Positions 59,892-64,000 of a stretch of 64,000 bases of DNA are shown here, in pieces. The DNA is from a virus. Location of the stretch: the IMG/VR virus record IMGVR_UViG_3300032086_003797, positions 64,001-128,000 of that record. One strand, 5' to 3'. Numbering within the stretch: position 1 is the stretch's first letter; every line of letters starts with the position of its first letter. Below the pieces are notes generated by a model. It worked only from the letters and a program-made list of their open reading frames with translations, was not told where the DNA came from and made no database searches. The translations under genes were made by a program, and so were the position numbers.

Positions 59892-60841
59892 AGATAGTAG
59901 CAGTAACAGGGTGCATGGGGCTGATAGGCTCCCATGTTACAAGTGAACTACTCCAGCGTGGTTATCTTGTATTGGGAATTGATAAGCTGACTTATGCAGC
60001 CAACAGTGAGGCAATGCAGACCTTCAACGACTTGCCTGGTTTCACTTTTTTGCAAAAAGATATTTGTGAGTTGGAATCTATACCTGATTGCGATTATGTT
60101 ATCAATCTGGCGGCAGAATCGCACGTTGGCAATAGTATCATTGACGGTACAGACTTTATTAGTACGAACATTAGCGGTGTGCAAAACTTGCTCAAGATTA
60201 TTCAAAATAAGCCAAGCAATGTTTGTGAGAGACCTGTGCTCCTTCACTTTAGCACCGACGAAGTATATGGAGATCTAGAGGAGGGCTCATTTACAGAAGA
60301 TAGCTCTCTAAATCCCAGCAACCCTTACTCGGCTACCAAAGCGGCAGCAGATCATTTGATAAAGTCTTGGAGCAGGACATATGGAACAGAGTATGTCATT
60401 GTCCGTCCAACAAATAACTATGGGATATTTCAATACCCAGAAAAACTTATCCCTCTATCAGTAAAGTTATTGCAAAGAGGTAAAAAAATTAGACTCCACA
60501 ATAAAGGCGAGCCTACAAGAAACTGGCTTCACGCTGCTGATACCGCAAATGCGATTATCACTATTATGGAGTCGGGTGTAAAAAATGAAATTTTCAATAT
60601 ATCTGGTGGTTTTGAACAGAAGAATATTGATACAGTAAAGAAAGTGATAGACTGTTACTTTGAGGAAAAAGTAGAAGATTATGACCAATACCTTGACTTC
60701 TCACATGAGCGTGAAGGACAAGATGTTAGATATTCGGTAGATGACAGCAAGTTAAGAAACCTAGGCTGGTCACCAAGGTTTGATTTTGATGAAGAAATAA
60801 AACATATTGTAAAATATTACAAGAAGACATTCGTATGGTAG
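59888..60841 (+). CDS. NDP-glucose 4,6-dehydratase (RmlB-like)
   Basis: GCMGLIG, DKLTYA, AAESHV, STDEVYG, YSATK, NNYG..QYPEK. Confidence 0.9.
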   Translation: MKIVAVTGCMGLIGSHVTSELLQRGYLVLGIDKLTYAANSEAMQTFNDLPGFTFLQKDICELESIPDCDYVINLAAESHVGNSIIDGTDFISTNISGVQNLLKIIQNKPSNVCERPVLLHFSTDEVYGDLEEGSFTEDSSLNPSNPYSATKAAADHLIKSWSRTYGTEYVIVRPTNNYGIFQYPEKLIPLSVKLLQRGKKIRLHNKGEPTRNWLHAADTANAIITIMESGVKNEIFNISGGFEQKNIDTVKKVIDCYFEEKVEDYDQYLDFSHEREGQDVRYSVDDSKLRNLGWSPRFDFDEEIKHIVKYYKKTFVW

Positions 60842-61041
60842 CAAAGAAAAGACACTTAGCAAAGGCGCTTAGCTGGCGAGCCGTTGGAACAATAGATACC
60901 ATGCTATTGGGTTGGCTCATATCGGGTGATCCTATGGTTGGGGTTAAAATTGGCGCAGTCGAATTGGTAACAAAAATATTTTTATATTATGCACACGAAA
61001 GAGCATGGTATAAATTCTCTAAGTTTGGGGTAAGAAAATGA
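60835..61041 (+). CDS. DUF2061-like small membrane protein
   Basis: KALSWR...YYAHERAW. Confidence 0.8.
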   Translation: MVAKKRHLAKALSWRAVGTIDTMLLGWLISGDPMVGVKIGAVELVTKIFLYYAHERAWYKFSKFGVRK

Positions 61042-61985
61042 CAAACAATTTACACTTTCATAATGCAACAGTATCAACCGAAGAGAAGGTACAAAAAAAC
61101 AAACATAAGCCCGCTGTATTATGGTTTACAGGTCTTTCAGGTTCAGGTAAATCTACTTTAGCAAATGCAGTAGAAGTATTGCTATTCCGAAAAGGATACC
61201 AGACACACACCTTAGATGGTGACAACGTTAGGATGGGACTCAATAGTGACCTCGGGTTCTCCCCAGAGGATAGAAAGGAAAACATCCGAAGGATTTCGGA
61301 GGTAGCTAATCTGTTGAGACAATCTGGCACAATAGTGTGCACAGCATTTATTTCACCATACCGCAAGAGTAGAAAATTTGCAAGAGAAATAATTGGAAAA
61401 GACTTTATAGAGATATATGTAAAAGCTCCATTAGAAACGTGTGAGGCTAGAGACCCTAAGGGATTATACAAAAAAGCTCGAAGCGGCGAAATCCCTAATT
61501 TTACTGGGATTAGTGCTCCCTATGAAGAGCCTAGAAGTCCAGAAATCATTGTGAACACAGCAGAGTTTAGCGTAGAAGAATGTGCTAATCACATTGTTGA
61601 GCACCTAGAGGAGAGTGGCTATTTTTCTACTATAAATGAAGTCAACGTACTGGACAAAAAAAGAACTATTGCGATTGATTTCGATGGTGTGATACATAGA
61701 TACAGTCAGGGCTTCAAGGGTCTAATGAATGCCTATGATGATCCAATGGATGGTGCAGAAGCAGCATTTGAGGTACTGAAAGGCGCAGGTAAAAGGCTGG
61801 TTATCTTGTCTTCCCGCCCATCTTCAGTAATAGAAAGCTGGCTAGAAGAAAGAGGCTTAAAGAAATACTTTGATGAAGTATCCAATTTTAAGATTCCAGC
61901 TAACACATATATCGATGATCGAGCATATAAATTTAGAAATTGGACAGATACAGTTAGAGATCTACTAGAAGGGGAAGATCGATGA
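61038..61985 (+). CDS. cysC: Adenylyl-sulfate (APS) kinase fused to HAD-like phosphatase
   Basis: [35 protein letters not shown]; C-terminal IDFDGVI..LSSR..IDDRA. Confidence 0.92.
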   Translation: MTNNLHFHNATVSTEEKVQKNKHKPAVLWFTGLSGSGKSTLANAVEVLLFRKGYQTHTLDGDNVRMGLNSDLGFSPEDRKENIRRISEVANLLRQSGTIVCTAFISPYRKSRKFAREIIGKDFIEIYVKAPLETCEARDPKGLYKKARSGEIPNFTGISAPYEEPRSPEIIVNTAEFSVEECANHIVEHLEESGYFSTINEVNVLDKKRTIAIDFDGVIHRYSQGFKGLMNAYDDPMDGAEAAFEVLKGAGKRLVILSSRPSSVIESWLEERGLKKYFDEVSNFKIPANTYIDDRAYKFRNWTDTVRDLLEGEDR

Positions 61986-62383
61986 ATAATAGAAGAGCAA
62001 TGTTTATTGGCAGGTGGCAACCATTTCATAACGGGCATAAATGGCTTATGTCACAAAAACTTGATGAGGGTCTGCCTATTTTAATTTGTGTTAGAGATAT
62101 TCCACCCGACGAGAAAAATCCCTTTACCACAGAGCAGACTGTAAAGATGCTGGAAAAAGCATATGAAGATCACGATGTTGTCGTGATGACTATTCCAGAT
62201 ATTGATTCTGTAAACTACGGGCGGGGTGTTGGGTATGGTATTATTGAACATGTACCACCTAAAGATGTTGGCTTTATATCAGCAACTGACATTAGAAATA
62301 AAATCAAAGAAGGCGATGATTCATGGAAGCAAAATGTTGATGAAAAGATTCACGACCTTGTAGTAAAATACCTTAGCGAGTAA
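61982..62383 (+). CDS. Small HxGH nucleotidyltransferase (cytidyltransferase-like)
   Basis: [28 protein letters not shown]. Confidence 0.85.
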   Translation: MNNRRAMFIGRWQPFHNGHKWLMSQKLDEGLPILICVRDIPPDEKNPFTTEQTVKMLEKAYEDHDVVVMTIPDIDSVNYGRGVGYGIIEHVPPKDVGFISATDIRNKIKEGDDSWKQNVDEKIHDLVVKYLSE

Positions 62384-62385
62384 AA

Positions 62386-63375
62386 ATGTTACTAATAACT
62401 TATGGCACCAGACCCGAGTACATAAAAGTTCTTCCTGTAATAAATGAAATGAAAAAACGGTCTATACCGTATAAAACCTTCTTCACAGGACAACATACTG
62501 ATTTATTGAAAAAGGCAAGCAAGCCAGACCATATATTAGAAATAGTTGATAATGGTAACCGACTAGATTCAATTATACAATCAATATTAAACAAAGAAGA
62601 AATATTTGTCGATATAACTTGTGTGATGGTACAGGGTGACACTACGTCTGCATTTGCAACCGCCCTAGCAGCTTTTCATAGGAAGATACCTGTGGCTCAC
62701 CTGGAGGCAGGGTTACGGACATTTGATAAATATAGTCCATATCCAGAAGAGTTTAATAGGTGTGCTATTTCTGCTCTTGCGGAAATTCATCTATGCCCAA
62801 CAGATACATCAGCCGATAATCTTAAAAAAGAAGGACGCAAAAATGTTTATGTAGTTGGTAATACTGTTTTGGATAATTTATCTAACGTGGTTACGATGAA
62901 AACAAATAAGGTTGTTGTTACTCTTCATCGCCGTGAAAAACTAGATGAAATACAAAATTGGTTTAAAGTAGTAAATGATCTGGCTAAAAAACATAAGAAC
63001 CTAGACTTTATATTACCTATCCACCCCAATCCAGAAGTCAAAAAACATGCTAATATTTTATCCCATGTAAATGTTATTGATGCACTGGGGCACAAGGAGT
63101 TTATAGATCAGCTTTCAGCTTGTGCTTTTATAATAACCGATAGCGGAGGAGTTCAAGAGGAGGCTGCCTTCCTCAAGAAGCCATGTATTGTTTGCCGTGA
63201 CTTTACTGAAAGAGTGGAGGGGCTAAACACATTTTCAGTCCTCTGTAAGGAACCGAAGTCTTTAGAAAACTTGGTAGACACTTGGGCAACTAAGGTAGAT
63301 TTGTCTAATCAAACTTGCCCTTATGGCGACGGGCAATCATCGAAATATATTTGTGATATAATAAACAATATTTAA
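62386..63375 (+). CDS. wecB: UDP-N-acetylglucosamine 2-epimerase (non-hydrolysing)
   Basis: GTRPE, TGQH, QGDT, HLEAGLR, PEE, TDSGGVQEEA, PYGDG. Confidence 0.93.
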   Translation: MLLITYGTRPEYIKVLPVINEMKKRSIPYKTFFTGQHTDLLKKASKPDHILEIVDNGNRLDSIIQSILNKEEIFVDITCVMVQGDTTSAFATALAAFHRKIPVAHLEAGLRTFDKYSPYPEEFNRCAISALAEIHLCPTDTSADNLKKEGRKNVYVVGNTVLDNLSNVVTMKTNKVVVTLHRREKLDEIQNWFKVVNDLAKKHKNLDFILPIHPNPEVKKHANILSHVNVIDALGHKEFIDQLSACAFIITDSGGVQEEAAFLKKPCIVCRDFTERVEGLNTFSVLCKEPKSLENLVDTWATKVDLSNQTCPYGDGQSSKYICDIINNI

Positions 63376-63442
63376 CAACTTGACAAAAGTAGTATATTAT
63401 TATAAAGTAGAAATAAAAACCCTTTTATGGGAGGAGAATAAA

Positions 63443-63661
63443 ATGAAACTTAGTAATCAAGCAATGGGCGCTATCATGATGGCTTTGCAAAACAGTCTGA
63501 TGGAACAAACAGATATTGTTCCTGTCTTGCAATCATTTGAATTTAGCAAAACACCTAATACAAAGCGTTGGGGAACTAAGGCAGGCGAACTTATGGTGGA
63601 AAACCCACCAACAGTTAAAGCACCAGAGACGCAGACTAAACCAGTGTTTGAAACCGAATAA
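63443..63661 (+). CDS. Small hypothetical protein
   Basis: GAGGAG RBS; MKLSNQAMGAIMMALQ. Confidence 0.65.
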   Translation: MKLSNQAMGAIMMALQNSLMEQTDIVPVLQSFEFSKTPNTKRWGTKAGELMVENPPTVKAPETQTKPVFETE

Positions 63662-63915
63662 TGCCGAGATATTCTTACGAGTGTCACTCCTGCAAAAGTA
63701 TATTTGATGCAGTTCATCACCATCAACAAATTTTGCAGGAGTGTACATTCTGTGAGAGTGAAGACATAAAAAGAATTATTAGTAAAGTTTATTTGCACAA
63801 GAAAACCACTACAGACGATGCAGCGGGTAATAAAGTCAAAGAAACTATAGCAGAAACTATAGAAGAGATGAAGAAATATAAAAAGCACTCTACAAGAGAA
63901 AGAGATCATAAATGA
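63661..63915 (+). CDS. FmdB-type zinc-ribbon protein
   Basis: MPRYSYECHSC...CTFC..IKRIIS. Confidence 0.8.
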   Translation: MPRYSYECHSCKSIFDAVHHHQQILQECTFCESEDIKRIISKVYLHKKTTTDDAAGNKVKETIAETIEEMKKYKKHSTRERDHK

Positions 63916-64000
63916 CAGGCTGGGTACTATTGATACTTCACTTGTTATTCGACATCGCAATTGTATGGTATGTGCGTGAGATGTTATTAAGATTTAGTAT

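Noticed and set aside
238-63960. Numerous minus-strand ORFs in the track (e.g. 13561-14253, 53320-53793, 63457-63960)
   Set aside because: Antisense shadows of well-supported + strand genes with no motifs
1-64000. Bacterial chromosome or capsule locus
   Set aside because: Housekeeping-like genes lack their operons, most ORFs are tiny hypotheticals on one strand, fibre-like genes are present, and the glycan island has no export machinery
1-64000. CRISPR array
   Set aside because: No regularly spaced repeat-spacer units seen; the recurring cassette is dispersed and promoter-like
1-64000. Stop-codon reassignment
   Set aside because: Recognisable genes are full length in the standard code and end in TAA, TAG or TGA; no suppressor tRNA seen

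Overview
This looks like a 64-kb segment of a large (jumbo) tailed bacteriophage genome, not a bacterial chromosome. It is gene-dense, almost entirely + strand, and dominated by short hypothetical ORFs. Host-like accessory genes occur without their normal operons: GroEL, J-domain protein, glutaredoxin, dUTPase, two DNA methyltransferases, MoxR/VWA pair, TilS, PIN-PhoH, tmRNA and three tRNAs. Three zones are visible. (1) About 1-29.4 kb holds small early-type genes, six of them behind a near-identical promoter/leader cassette (TTGAC..16-bp spacer..TGGTAnTATAAATTGTAAGGGAGA), with a large expansion of small 'G(D/S)LV' beta-barrel-like proteins. (2) About 29.4-43.8 kb holds a tRNA-Arg/TilS/tRNA-Ile2/tRNA-Thr cluster preceded by an unannotated Arg-rich mini-ORF and structured RNA, Gly/Ser/Ala-rich virion fibre-like paralogues, a ligase-fold/cytidyltransferase fusion, tmRNA, PhoH and a PD-(D/E)xK nuclease. 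(3) About 43.8-63.4 kb is an AT-rich 20-kb glycan-biosynthesis island that includes an apparently self-contained sulfation (PAPS) module. The most promising candidates are the putative minimal PAPS/sulfation pathway, the leader-peptide/RNA switch in front of tRNAs reading AGA/AUA/ACA, and a GC-palindrome plus A-tract motif array near 21.8-25 kb. All calls come from motifs read by eye; no database searches were run.
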